Assembly (NCBI GenBank): GCA_026936335.1
Contig: JAPMXV010000019.1
Span: forward strand, 62,001 to 126,000
Direction: 5' to 3'
Length of the DNA stretch: 64,000 nucleotides
Source: Mantamonas sphyraenae STR306
Lineage: Eukaryota > Protista > CRuMs
The position numbers were made by a program, and so were the translations under genes. Below are positions 11,971 to 24,837 of this stretch, piece after piece. Under the pieces are notes generated by a model. That model worked only from the letters and a program-made list of their open reading frames with translations. It ran no database searches and was not told the origin of the DNA. How positions within the stretch are numbered: position 1 is the first letter of the stretch; the number at the start of each line of letters is the position of its first letter.

Positions 11971-14900
11971 TCAATCACGTCCAGGCAGCACAAATTGCCT
12001 CTCCTCTGCCAACTGCACATCGGCCACACTCTGCTCCACCCACTCCTCCGTCACCAGATGCTTTTCCACAAAGTAGCCATTGTTCCGGCGTGCCCCATGC
12101 CTCATCCTCCGTATGCTCTCCTGGATGGTGTCCCGTCGAGTGGTGTCCTCCCTGCTCATCACCACATGCGTCGTCTCCTCGTCAATGGCATCCACCACTG
12201 CTCCCCCGTGAAAGCGATAAAGCAGTGCCGCACTGTGAAGCTCGCTGTGCTTGATCACCGTGCTCGCGTCACCCACATCTGCATACACGTCAAAGTACGC
12301 ACGTGTGCGCCGAAACAGCCCGTACACAGACGTCTCCAGGTACTCTGCCTCGTCGTCACTGTACCCATCCAAAATCTCCATCAGACGCCCGTGCAGCTCC
12401 ACGTGCTTGCTCTGTTCCTCCGACGCAGAACTGTGCTGCGACCACGCACCCATCCCCACCTCCAACGACCCATTCGACGATGACGATGACGACGATGACG
12501 ACGACGACGACGATGACGAAGAGCCCAGCCCCACACTCTGCGACAACAGTTCCATCTCGGACGCAGAGTCGTCATGCGACCCCCCACCACCGCCCACAGA
12601 CGATTCGACACTCTCCTCATCCATCTGCAACCCCTCCACGCGCTGTACCTCGTCCAGCAACCGCCTCAACTGGCTGCTCGAGCCCACCTCCTCCTCATAT
12701 GCGTCACCATACGCATCAAACCGCATGTCCAAGAAGCCACGCAGCTCCTCCGTGGCGTACAACACCTGTGGAAACTCGGGTGCAAGGACCTGGCCCGCCT
12801 TGACGCATGCGTCAATCCAGCTCGGACGTATGATGTCGTATCGTCCCCGTTGTATCTGATTGTGCACCTTGGGTGTGTCTGTGTCGTCCGCAATGATGTA
12901 CGATGTGCCCGAGCCCGGATTGGCCACCTTGCTGCCTCCGTACTGCACAATCACACGCTCCACCCGCTGCTTCTCTGCCGTCTGCTTGCACAGCACACAA
13001 AACTCCAAGCCCTCAAACACGTTGCCCTCCACTTGCACCTGGCTCGTGTTTGTGTTTGCATACTGTGACGCGATGCGGTGGCTGCTCCCACGCAGAGTCG
13101 TCTTGTTCGGCTTTGCACTCACGCGTTGCCTCTTGGTCGGCGACGCCTCCTTCCCTTCCCGTGTGCGCTTGTTGTGCAATCGACCCTTGTTCTGGTTCAT
13201 CATCACCTTCATCCCGGCGTACGTCAGCGTGTCCTCCGGATTCTTGTCCCAGCGAATGCGACGCACGCGTGGGAAGCGCAGATTGAACCCTGCCGAAAAC
13301 TTGGTCGTCCCTGCAATCTCAAACGCAGTCACCTCCACCACAAACGAGTCCTTGGGTGCAATCAACACATCTGGCACTTCTCCAGGGCCCGCTCGCCACG
13401 GCGCAAGCCATTCTGGTTGCTGTGTGGCGTCGTATGCCACCCACTTGTCACGGCACTGATTGCGTATACGTCGCAAGTCCTCCTGCGAGTATCCCGTGCC
13501 CACCTTGGTGAACGTGTACCATGTGTCGTTGCCCCCGCGAATCCCAAGCAAAAAGTGCGACAGATGCCCTCCACGCCTGTCGCCCGTGCCGTAGTACGCC
13601 CCAATCACTGTCAAGTCAATGTCTGCGTTCAATCCCTCCACGTAGTCCGGCTTGATCTTGATCCAACACTTGCCGTCGCGCTTGTTTGGTACATAATCCG
13701 ACCTGGGGTTCTTGATCACCACACCTTCAAACTGGTCGTTGATCACCGTGTCCATCTCGTTGCGCACGTCCTCTGCCGTGTGTGCCCACCTCGTGTCGCA
13801 CAATCTCCAGCCTGTGTGAATGCTCCCTGCGAATTGCCGCCTCCAGCAGCGCTTTGCGCTTTTCCAACGGCAAGCTGATCACATCCTTGCCATTCACGCG
13901 CAGCAGGTCAAACACCATGTAACATGGATGGTTGCCGTCGCTGTCGTCACTCTGTGCATGTGTGCGGTTGTTGCCAAACGGCAGAAACGTCTTGAGTTCC
14001 GATGACCACGTCACCATCTCCCCGTCCAGAATGGCCTCTTGGGCTTTGAGACACTCCAGGATGATCGGTGTCATCTTGCGTCCGTACGTCTTTGTGTAAT
14101 CGTTGGCATTGCGCGTGAAAAACTTCACCGTGTCCCCTTGCCGATGACACAGGATGCGATCACCATCGTACTTCTTTTCCATCCAGAAGCCCTGGTGGTC
14201 CATCAGCGAAGGCACCTTGTCGATTGTCGTCCGGTACGCAAGCATGGGATTGATCAGCGCAAACATTTCCAGCTCCTGCGCCGCCAGCCGCGTGTTGGGG
14301 TTGCGCAGGTCATCACACACCTTGCGCAGGTTGTTTGTTTGGTCCCACAGCTTCTCTGCGTCCTGATGGTATGTTTTGAGCATACTCTGGTATCGGATGC
14401 CAATCTTCAGGTCCTTGAGGATGATCTTCACCAAACACACAACCTCCCGCACCGACGACCGTCGCACAACCTCCTTCATCAACGCCAGCCGTGTATCGCT
14501 GTGTGTCCGACGCGTTTCCGCGTCCTTGAAATGTTAGCTACGCATGCAATGGCACAAAAAGAAACAACAGGAAGCACTCACTGGTCGGTGCTCTGGTTCA
14601 ACCCATCCAGCGCCTTGTTGACTTGACCCACACTCAGCTGGCGCCCTGTGCCACACCTGTCTTCCAACACAGAGGCCACCACGAGGGAAAAGTCGCCTGC
14701 CACGCCTTTGTTGCCCGGCACATTGGGGTTCTTCCAGTGTTTCAGCTGGCGAGCGTTGTTTGAACTGGTGCCCAAATCAAAGATCTCCGTCAGGAGCTTG
14801 GCCAGCGCCGCCTCCTGCAATCCATACGAGTTGCGTGTCTTGTCCAGTTCAGGCATGAGTAGACGCATGAGGGGAAAGATGTCCTTGTCCGTCCATGCGT

Positions 14901-15165
14901 TCCACAGCCTCACCAGCAGATCCTTCTTCTGCCGCTTTTGTCTCTGTCCTGCCACCCTCTCCAACATGTCCACCACATCCACAAACTTGATGCTGCATGC
15001 ATACGTCCCATCTGCTTCCAACCATGCGTTCACAGACTCCTTGTTCGCAGTCAGTTTGGGTAGCGAGGTTCCTGACAACCCCTTCCCCTTTCCCTTGATT
15101 GCTGACTGACGATGACGATGATGATGATGATGATGATGACGTGGTGGGTGACATGGATGTGCCAT
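11971..15165 (-). CDS. LIG4: DNA ligase IV with C-terminal BRCT domains
   Basis: MRLLMPELD..R..YGL.E, adenylation motif EKKYDGDR, ILDGEM, EGVVIKNP.S.Y, WIKIKPDY, LRFPR and two BRCT-like regions. Intron 14499-14581. A 1-nt frameshift near 13787. Start codon uncertain. Confidence 0.93.
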
Positions 15166-15271
15166 GTTGGTCCGATTTATCGTCCAATCCCATGGCGGGT
15201 GATTGCAAGGGAGCGCTGGATGAACCAGCGCAAAGCCACACACACACACACACACACACACACCATCAAAA

Positions 15272-16553
15272 ATGTTTGCACGCAGCAGACGCACAGTAGG
15301 CGTTGTGAGCCGCAGTCAGATGGCTGCAGCCGTCAGCCAGAGCCGTGGCGTGCACATGAAACGCAAGCGAAAGGAAGCCAAGCGCTTCGAACTCATGCCG
15401 GCCACAGAGGACCCGGCCTGGGTGCAATACCAGGAACACATGCTGGAAGCCAACCAACAGTGGCAGGAGGAGATGGCACAGGCCCGCGAGTTTGCGGCTG
15501 AGGAGCTGGCGGCCTATGAGGGCCTTGAGCTGAGCGAACTGAACCCGGACACCGTCCGCACTGGCCTCATTGCCATCAAGGCTGGCATGATGCCTCTGTT
15601 TGACGAGTGGGGACAACGCATCCCCGTCACAGTGCTCGAGGTAAGCGGCATGCTCACGTGCGACCACAGCTGCCCCCTTGGCAGCAGCTTCTCCCCGTTG
15701 CCGACGGCCGGAAATGCAACCAACCGGCCCCCTCCGATGCGTTCCCTTCACACTCACACACGCTCGCACACAGGTGCCCGAGACACACGTGGTGCAGGTC
15801 AAGACCCTGGATAGGGACGGATACGTGGCTGTGCAACTTGGAGCGGGCCACATTGCCGACAAGAAGGTGAACAAGGCCCAGAAGGGCATGTTTGCCGCGC
15901 AGCAGGTGCAGCCCAAGCGCCATCTTGCCGAGTTTCGCGTCTCTGAGGACGCACTGCTGCCTGTGGGCACCCCTCTCACTGTCCGCCACTTTGTGCCGGG
16001 CCAATACATCGATGCCACAGGCCACACGTCGGGCAAGGGATTCCAGGGTGTCATGAAGCGGCATGGGTTCTCGGGTCTCAGCGCCTCTCACGGCGTGTCC
16101 GTCTCGCACCGTAGCGGGTAAGTGCAGCACAGAGAGAGAGAGAGAGAGAGGGTAACATGGAGGCAAGAAGGACATCACATGAGTGCTCACCCCCCACTCC
16201 CGTCACACAGTGGTTCGACGGGTCAGTGCCAGGACCCAGGACGTGTGTTTAAGAACAAGAAGATGGCAGGAAGAATGGGCCACAAGCAACGCACGCAGCT
16301 CAACTTGCAGGTGATGCGTGTGGATACGTTGAACAACTGTCTGCTGGTCAAGGGGGCTGTGCCGGGCAGGAAGGGCACGGTGTTGCGTCTGCGCGATGCC
16401 GTCAAGAAGGACTTTTTCAGCACCAAACAGGGTTTGCTTCAGCCAGTCGAGTCGCCTCCACCCACGCCCACCTTTATTCCCCACGCGGACATGCCCAACT
16501 TGCCTGTCCTTGACCTCAACGAAGCTTCTGATCCCTTTGAATGGCGCGTGTGA
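15272..16553 (+). CDS. MRPL3: Mitochondrial ribosomal protein uL3m
   Basis: Arg-rich presequence; [57 protein letters not shown]. Introns 15641-15773 and 16118-16210. Confidence 0.95.
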
Positions 16554-16570
16554 CAAATGAAACTGTCTCA

Positions 16571-16573
<3 letters not shown>

Positions 16574-16615
<42 letters not shown>
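16574..16615. repeat. (CT)n microsatellite between convergent MRPL3 and GCKR-like genes
   Basis: Directly visible. Confidence 0.9.
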
Positions 16616-16618
<3 letters not shown>

Positions 16619-16630
16619 CTCTGAACTCTT

Positions 16631-18615
16631 TCATTTCCCCATCCACTTGCTCACCAACGGTTGCTGCTCCAGCTTGTCACGTGCATCGGCTGCCGTGTCG
16701 CTGAGCTGCAGAGTCAACAACAGGGTGACGGGCACCACAGCAGGCGTGACGACGGCCCGTTCGATGTGTGTAGAGATGGGCGCATCGACGTGGACTTGCC
16801 ACTCGTCGTCGCCCCAGATGGCACGCAGCAGGTGCATCCGAGGGGTTTCGTCGCCTTCCTCGACTCCACACACCTGGCTGACAATGCGCAAGGCCCTGTG
16901 GAACAGCTTGTTGTTGCTCAGCCGCACATCAATCATCAAATTGCTGTACACTTTGCCCTTGAGTACGTGTGCTCCCGTGCTCACTGCGTTCAGCACCCAT
17001 TTCGTTGCCAACTCCACTCCCGCTGCCATACGCCATGCCTTGGTGCACACCAGCCATGCTGGCTCCACACACACGCGCACCACACCGTTGTTGCTTTCCT
17101 CCGTCTGCCCCTCCTCCCCGTCCTCCCCCTCCTCCACATTCAGAAGCAGCAGAAACTGCGTCCCTGCCACGAGTCCCCGTGCTTCCTCCCATGCCTCCAA
17201 TACACTCTTGTCCTGGTGGCCTGCATACACAAACACACTGACGTCGTCGTTGCCCACCTCATCCGCGTGTGACTCGAGAAACGCCTCGCTGCCAATGGAG
17301 TACAACTGCTCCACCGCACTCAGATCACCTCCCTCCCCGTTCTCCATGCTCAGATCCCCCTCACTGTTGTCCATGTCTTTCCATCCACCACGAATGAACC
17401 CGCGCACGTCGTGATGATCCGCTCCAAATGTCGGCACCTGTTCGCTGGCGTCGATAAAGGCCAACACTCCCAGCGCATCCGCCCCAAAATAGCGAATTCG
17501 TCCTCCCGCACGCAACGCAGCTCCCGCAGCCTCCACCAGTCCAGCCCACGCCTCCCGGTGTGTCTCTGCGTATGTCTGCGAATACACGGCCCCGTAAAAC
17601 TCCTCCAGGATCGCACCCACGCTGTTGCTGCTCACGGACGGATGCAGGGCAAATGTGTCCCCGTGTGCGTCGACCAGTGCACGTGCACACATGCATTCCA
17701 ACAGAATCTTCGTTGCCGTCCCTCCTTTCATCCGTGTTGATCCACACAGCGGTTCACTTCCCACCACGGGGTTCACAAGCACTACCTTTCCCTTGCCCGC
17801 CTCCACACTCTGTTCCAACGCCTCTCGCACTGTGCAATCCCACCCCTCCACAGCCACGTGTCGTGCCAACTCCAGAGGGTTGAACCCCAGCACACTGGCA
17901 CACTCAAACGCCCCGTCCGTGCTCGCTGCAATCAGCTGTCCCGCCACGTACGGTGCACTCATCCCACACGTGATTCCGATGTACACCAGATGGCCCTCTG
18001 TTTGCCCTTCCGTCCTCCCCTCTTCCTCTTTGCTCTCTTTTCCCATCACTCTGTCTCGCACAGCCTGGAGATCCTTCAGGCCATGCGCAGGCGAGTCTTC
18101 CGCAAGCTCCTGCGCCGTCACCAGTGCTCGATCGCCACCTGCAATCAAATAGTGGAAGAAAGGTGTGTGTGGGCGGCTGTCCAGCGCAGATGCAATCAGT
18201 CGGTTGAACGACCGACACACAAAGTGTGCCAGACGTCCGCTGGTGCCGCATCCCGACAAGATCACCCCTGCCCCAGGCGCCTCTTCCTCCCTATGCTCCC
18301 ACCACACAGTGAATGCCTTGCTGATGCCCTCGCTCACTCGTTCCATGTTTGCTCGCACAACCTCTGATCCCACGCCGTCGTACTGCGGCCACGCCTTGGC
18401 ACCTTCCAAGATCTCCCCGTCACACGTGCACAGGATATCCAACAGTGCCTTCCATCCGCCCGGTCCATCTCCATGCTTGCTGGGTGGCGTTGCTCTGTGA
18501 TGGACGACATCTTGGGTCACTGCGTCTCTCACGAGGGTGTCAAGTTGCGTCCACCCGTGCACTCTTCGCTCTCCCACATCTTCCACACCAAAGCAAAAGG
18601 GTCAATCTCATCCAT
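16631..18615 (-). CDS. GCKR: Glucokinase regulatory protein-like / MurQ-related double-SIS protein
   Basis: SGCGTSGRL, IAGGD.AL..AQE.AED, GITCGMSAPYV, GSTRMKGGTATK, DASE..PTFG, KWVLNAVSTGAHVLKGK and SNNKL. Probable ATG at 18615 (MDEIDPF) with a 1-nt frameshift at a T run near 18591. Confidence 0.88.
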
Positions 18616-18663
18616 CTGCTCTTCTACTCTTTTGCATTCACTGCAATGTCCCCACACTCCATC

Positions 18664-20748
18664 CTAAGCCACCTTGACGTTCTTGGGCAGATCCGACAGC
18701 GAGACAACGGGCAATTCCAGGGTGGATGCGGTTGCACCTCCCACCATGATCTGGTTGTGTGCCACCAGGGCTTCGCCACCGTCGATGCACATCTTGCCAT
18801 TGTTGAGGTTGGCCGAGAAGCGAGGGTAATTGCTGCTGGAGACGGCCAGGCGCAGCTTGTGGCCCTTGTTGAACACATAGCATGTCATCCACATCTTGAT
18901 GGTGATCTGGTACGGCTGACCAGGCTGCATGAGGACGGGCGTCACGTCTCCGTTGCGCCAGCGCATGCGAAGGATGTCGTCGCCCACAAGCATGGAGTCG
19001 CCGGACGGGTACACGTCGGTGATCTTCACCGTAAAGTCAGTGTCTGTGACATTGCTGGACACATGCAGAGTGCTGCGGATGCGACCACACACCGCCGTGT
19101 CCTCCGTAAACACGGGTGTGTCAAACACAAGCACGTCGTCGCGCTTCTCCTGGCCCCGCTGGTCCTGGGCGCCGCACTTGAGGAACAGGTTGTTGCCTCC
19201 GTTGGTGGGCACAGGGTGCTTGGGGTCGTAGTCATACTCCAGCACACTCGAGTTGCTGCTGTGCTCCAGACTCAGCGTCTTGTCTGCGCCCAGGTACCAC
19301 AGCTGCGGCTTGGTGGGGGGCAGGGTGTCCAGGGTCGTCCAGTACATACCCACGCGGTCGTCGTCGCCACCCAGAAGCTCCTTCTTCTCCTTCTGTGGTC
19401 CAATCACATACAGGGTGTACTTGCTGAACGTGTTGCTGCCCGTGGCATAGTCGTTCCGTGTCAGGTAGTCCTTGTCTGCCTTGAACATCTTCAGACTCTC
19501 CTCATACGACCAGATGGCCACCATGCGATCGTCCGGATACTCCGACCCCAGGAAACAATGGCCGCGTGGTCCCACAAACATCATGTTCTTCCCCTGTGCA
19601 CCGGGGCTCGTCAGCGTCTCGTAGTTCTCAAACGTCGTCAGCTGCTCCTGCAGAAAGATGTCGTACCATCCCGCCCAGAACACGGACGGATAGTCGATGT
19701 TCTTCAACTGCGTGGGTCCCAGCGTGATCTCGTGCCACGACAGGTTCTGATAGTGCGAGTTGAACCCTTCCAGGTGCTGCGCCTGCATCCAGTAGCTCGT
19801 GGCATTGGGACGCCACGCCTGCATCAGTTCCAACCAGTTGTGCATCAGACCATACCGCTGCGCACCGTCCTGGTACGCCGTGTGGTATGGGATCGACGTG
19901 GTGATCATCAGCCACGTGCCCTTCAGCATGGGCTTCTTCTCCATGTTGGCCAGGCACGTGATGATGCCATCGGCACTTGCGCCCACCTCGTACACGTCCC
20001 CATTGCTCCACTCCTGCTGCTTGATCCACGCCATCGTGTCTTCCGAGTCGTTGCTGGCGTACGTCCAGAACCCAAACGACGCTCCTCCGCTCTTGCCTGT
20101 GCCTCGCTCATCCTGCGCAATGGCCACGTACCCATGCGGCAGATACAGTTCCGCCACATTCTGTGTGGCGTACGGTCCGTACGGCGACCTGTCGATCACC
20201 GCGCCGGCCTTCTTGTTTGTGACGTGCGAATCCCAAACCTGAGCATGCCCTCCCCCACCCCATTCCGGTGTCAGCGTGCCACTCACTGCACCCCACCTGC
20301 TCCTACAAACATCCCAACCACACGCCACCCCATTCTGCTGTCCTCCCTCCCCCTCCCTCCACGAGACATCGCCCATGGGCACAGGCAGAGTCGCTTTGCG
20401 GGCCATTTTTTCTGCAATCGGGAACGAGGGAGCAGAACGGTTTTTGCGGCAACTCATCCACGCGGGGCCCTTGGACGACGCGTGCCACATGCAACCTACA
20501 AGAGTGAACAGCTTGACGCCGTCGCGCATGGGGATGTAGACGACTCGGGGCACGACGTCACGCACGTCGATGCCGGTCTGGAGACGGTAGTTCTCCACGG
20601 CCAGATTGTAGGCGCGCGAACGCTCGCGGATTTCCTGAGCGTGTTCGCCAATCACAGCTGCAGCCGGGTTGAAATGCTGCTCGGCAGCTGCCATGGCAAT
20701 GTACAGGCACACAATGAGGGCCAGTGCACGATGGATGGATGGTGACAT
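18664..20748 (-). CDS. Secreted CocE/NonD-family (peptidase S15) alpha/beta hydrolase
   Basis: Signal peptide; IPMRDGVKL, RSPY, QDERGTGKSGG, nucleophile elbow GASADG, GWYDIF, GPRGH, YDPKHPVPT.GG and SSSNYPRF. In-frame intron 20239-20499. Confidence 0.9.
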   Translation of the reverse strand: MSPSIHRALALIVCLYIAMAAAEQHFNPAAAVIGEHAQEIRERSRAYNLAVENYRLQTGIDVRDVVPRVVYIPMRDGVKLFTLVGCMWHASSKGPAWMSCRKNRSAPSFPIAEKMARKATLPVPMGDVSWREGEGGQQNGVACGWDVCRSRWGAVSGTLTPEWGGGGHAQVWDSHVTNKKAGAVIDRSPYGPYATQNVAELYLPHGYVAIAQDERGTGKSGGASFGFWTYASNDSEDTMAWIKQQEWSNGDVYEVGASADGIITCLANMEKKPMLKGTWLMITTSIPYHTAYQDGAQRYGLMHNWLELMQAWRPNATSYWMQAQHLEGFNSHYQNLSWHEITLGPTQLKNIDYPSVFWAGWYDIFLQEQLTTFENYETLTSPGAQGKNMMFVGPRGHCFLGSEYPDDRMVAIWSYEESLKMFKADKDYLTRNDYATGSNTFSKYTLYVIGPQKEKKELLGGDDDRVGMYWTTLDTLPPTKPQLWYLGADKTLSLEHSSNSSVLEYDYDPKHPVPTNGGNNLFLKCGAQDQRGQEKRDDVLVFDTPVFTEDTAVCGRIRSTLHVSSNVTDTDFTVKITDVYPSGDSMLVGDDILRMRWRNGDVTPVLMQPGQPYQITIKMWMTCYVFNKGHKLRLAVSSSNYPRFSANLNNGKMCIDGGEALVAHNQIMVGGATASTLELPVVSLSDLPKNVKVA

Positions 20749-20809
20749 GGCGTGGGTGGTTCCTGCGTTTTGGCCCCGAAAGCGCAGCAAATCAATCTTT
20801 CACGCAAGG
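20749..20809. promoter_or_regulatory. 61-bp putative bidirectional promoter (hydrolase / TPLATE) with central dyad
   Basis: Divergent ATGs at 20748 and 20810; CTGCGTTT...AAAGCGCAG at 20763-20787. Confidence 0.55.
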
Positions 20810-23800
20810 ATGCAGAGTGCATGGGACGATGTCAACTCTGTCCTGGAAGGCGAGGACATGCAAAAGCAGATAGGGGTGCTGTGTGACCTGTTGCAGCATG
20901 CCAACATGACCGGCCAGGTTCCTGTGTCTGCCGAAGTCCTGATCGACAACTGCATCTCCCTGTCCTCCAGCGTCCTGGTGCGCAAGTATGCCCTGCAGCT
21001 GCTTCGATTCATGTCTCTGGGCCCCGAACAATGGTACGCGTATCCTTGGCGTCGTTGGGTCGGGTCCGTGCATGTGGCCTCCACACGCACGTGTTTCCAG
21101 CAAAAGCCCACGTTTGGCCGTGTGTGTGTGTGACGCACGCTTTCCCACCCTCCGCTCGCTCACACACAGCCCCACGCACGTTTTGGTTCACCTTGACACA
21201 TGTCCATGTGTAGGGAAAAGGTGATTGCGTGCATGTTGAACGACATGACGTATGACGAGGACCAGGACCCGCAGTTTCGCATCATGGCGCTGCGGTACAT
21301 CAACACCATCCCAGGCGCAGAACTCAAGGTTAGCCAATGGCACGCCGTCCAGCAACGCATGCACATCCCTGCATGGGTCGCTTTGTACACACATCCGTTG
21401 TGTCATGGCCTCCCTTTCTGTTGCAAACGTGCATGGGAGGCGAGCAAAGAGGGTTGACCCAACCCTCTCGCAAACCCCGGTGGCCGCTCGCTGACCCTTG
21501 GAACGCACCACACCCCATGCAGCTCTTCTGGAAGAAACACAGTAACGAATTGGAGTCATGTTTGGAGGCGGATGATGCAGGGGTTCGTGAAGCAGCCGTG
21601 TCGGCACTTGCTGTGCTGTTGACCCGCAACACAACCCTGATGGAGCTGCAGGGCCAGCTGTCGGAGGATTTGGCGCTGTTGAGTCGCCGTGTGTTGGATG
21701 TGGATGATAGGGTGACCGCATCTGCGTTCTCTGCCCTGCGACTGTTGTTCATCGAGGCCACAAGCGGACCCAGCTTCGACATGGATCACGACGTGGAGCG
21801 CCTCAGCTACTTTCGAGCCAAGCAGCTCGAGCTGACGGTGGAGATCTGCGGTAGGCTGGTTGAACGCTTTGCAGTGATGGTCCAACGTGCCATGCGACTG
21901 CCCTACGCTCTGCGACAACACACGCTGTATCCACTCACCTTTGTGGCCACCAACGGCCTGCGTCTGGGTGCCATGTACGCCAAGATGGATGTCAGCAAGT
22001 GTCTGGCACGCCATGAAATGGTGCAAATGAGCCTGGATGCCATGGATCCGCTGCTGGAAACGCCTCAATTGGCCCTTGTGTACGAGGCCGGCAAGAACAT
22101 TGCGTACCTACTGACTCAGCATGAGGACAGCGAAGCTCGCAATGCGTATGCCCTGAATGTGATGGCTGCGTTTTCGCGTTGGGTGGACACCGATGAGGTA
22201 AACACGTACCGCTCCTTGCTGCTGCGAGAGATGACCCAGTTTGTGCACATGCTCAAGCAAGACAAGCTGGACGTGGTGCTCAGCCTGCTGGACCCTGTGC
22301 GCTCCCTGCCCGATCTCTCGGATCGCTTCTATTGCCTCCAGCTGTTGTGCCAGAGCATGGTGCACACCACCATGCGGGACGCCCTGAAAATCAAGGGTCT
22401 CACATCGGGACACTCCCTCATGATGCAGTTTTGCACCTCGGACGACATGAAGGCTGTCACGTCGGACAGCTTTGGACAGGACGACTCGTTCCGTGAAGAG
22501 ATCGTCTTCACCATGGCCAACACCCTGTTGGACTTTGCCGCCGACCAGCCCGAGCTCTCTGTCCTCTTTGACGTCCACTACAAGTCCCGCCTTGCGGGTC
22601 CCTTCCACCGCAACATCCATAGCCCCTGGGTGCAGATCTGCTTGGACTTTATGGAGCATTTCCCAAAGGTGGTGGTGTGGGACACGGACAACCGAGCGTT
22701 TACAGTCAACGCTTTCTTCACGCTCCTTGCCACCGTGTGTACCGTGGTGGAAAAGACAAAGCGTCAGCTGACGTTTGGTAGCAACGCCAGCGACGAGGGC
22801 AAAGGCAATGGCAGCAGCAGCAGCAGCAGCAGCAGTAGCAGCAGCAGCTCATCATCTTCAAGCAGCAGCAGCAACGAAGAAGTGATGTTTGGGGATGAGG
22901 TGCAAGAGACACAGACCGAGGAGGAGAAGGAAAAGGAGAGGGAACAGAAGCATGTGGAAGAGCTGCAGACACGGTTGCACAAGCTACTGGCGTCGCTGGT
23001 GCACTACTCGTACACCATTGAGAACGCAAGCGTGCGCACACGGCTGCTGTGCCTGGCCGCACAGCACATGAGCTTCGACACGGAGGAGCAGTTGAAGGAC
23101 GGACGCAAGCTGGTGGAGAAGTTGGAGTATGCTCTGTTGCTGACAGACAAGTTCTGGGGCCAGCAGGTGGAGGCGGCACGGTTGACGGAAGAGACGGGTC
23201 TGCTCGGCAACGATATCCTGCGCGTGATGGAGCGTGTGCCCTTGCCGGACAGCAACCTACTGCTGCACGCGGTGATGATCCTATCACTGCGGTGCAGTGC
23301 ACTGTCGGAGGACATTGCAGGGGTGCTGCGCAAGTGCGTGCGTTCGCAACACGCAGACGTAATCATGCGTGACACAAGCAGCAAAATCATGGCCCACATC
23401 CAACACTTGGCCACCGTGGAGAAGGAGGCGGGCGAGGACAAGGCTCGTCGCATGCGCAGGCGAATGCTGCTGAATTGCCTGAGCAGCGACTTTCCACCCA
23501 TGTACGAGGAGCTGGAAATCGAAAAGGAGAGCAGCTCGGCGACTGTATACGCCACACTGGCGTATCAGCGTGCACTGGAGATGCTGTTACAGCAAAAGAG
23601 GAAGCAGCTGACGGAAAAGAGCCTGATGGCCGTGAGCAACTACGTGTCGCGCAACAGCGGCAAGAGCGAGGGTGGCATGCGACCCAGTCGCGGTGTGAAT
23701 GCCATCAGTGGCACAGACAGGGCACTGTACAGCAAACCGTCGACGTTGGACAAGTACATGGCAGGCATCGAGAAACGCTGGTCGCCAAAGCAGCTTCTCA

Positions 23801-24837
23801 CAGGCAGCAGCGATCCCCTTCGCATTGCCCTGAGCCACTATCACGACGCAAGCAGACGCAGTGTGTTTGTGCGTGTGCAGCTGGAAAACATCACCGGGTT
23901 TGAGATCTACGACCTGCGTGTGGCCCTGCAACTGGACGGCCAGATGTACGCGGCTTCGTCGCAGAACACGCTCAACAGGGTGATTGGCGAACTCAAGCCC
24001 AAGGAGATGCAGAGTTGGGTGGTTCCCCTGCGTGTCGATGCGTTTGAGAACAACACGGTGCAGGTGTCGGTGACCTTTGGCGTGCTGGACGAGAGCGAAA
24101 TCTTCACCCAGCCCGGCCTCAGCGGACCGGCAGACCTGTCCACGCTGGAGGTGAATGTGGACGCCGGCATCAACGACGGCTTTGATGGCGGCTTCCAGGG
24201 AGGAGGATTGGACGGAGGCCCTGGTGAAGAGGAGGCGGGTGCTGCAGAGAGGACCAAGTTCAAGGCGAGGGTGCAGCTGCATCCGCAGGCGTATCGACTG
24301 CATCTCATGGACTTTGTGTTGCCGTTGACGCTGTCCATGTCCTTGTTTCTGATGGAGTGGAACCTGATGACGTGTTCCCAGCGTGTGGGGGGCATCATGC
24401 GCGAGGACAGCACGTTTGACGATCTCAAGTATGCCATCTCGTTGAAGCCCTTTGCGCAGGTGAACGAGGTGGTGCACTGCAACAGCCGCTACTTCCAGCT
24501 GGCTTGTGCTGGCAAGACGTGGTTTGGCGAGTCGCTCTTGCTCATTGTGTATGGTGGCGAGGTGGGCGACAGCGGCAGTGGTGCACGTGAGTGGCGCATG
24601 GAAGTGCGTGGATCAACCTCGCAGACCGTGTTTGTGGTGGTGGAGCACCTGCGCGACTTTGTGCGTGATCTCACCTACGACGTGCTCCAGCAACGCGGCA
24701 CACAAGAGGATGATGACACAACCCTATTTAACAGCGTGGACAGTACCATTGACGGAGACAAGCTGGGCGAAAAGTTTGGTACTGTCGAGGGCCAGCAGGC
24801 GTACGTGGAGCGGTGGAAGGCGCTGCGTGGCAGGTAG
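20810..24837 (+). CDS. TPLATE: TPLATE, the beta-adaptin-like large subunit of the TSET/TPLATE complex
   Basis: The spliced N-terminus (SSVLVRKYALQLLRFMSLGPEQWEKV...ND) and the appendage motif LLTGSSDP...H......V.V...LENIT..E..D.RV.L.L.G resemble plant TPLATE as I recall it. About 1200 aa. Introns 21034-21213 and 21329-21522. Confidence 0.75.

Noticed and set aside
18349-20745. 798-aa alternative-frame ORF, and the many long antisense ORFs across the window (e.g. 25754-27250, 43147-44943)
   Set aside because: These are shadow ORFs expected from GC-rich codon bias over recognisable genes, with no domain motifs.
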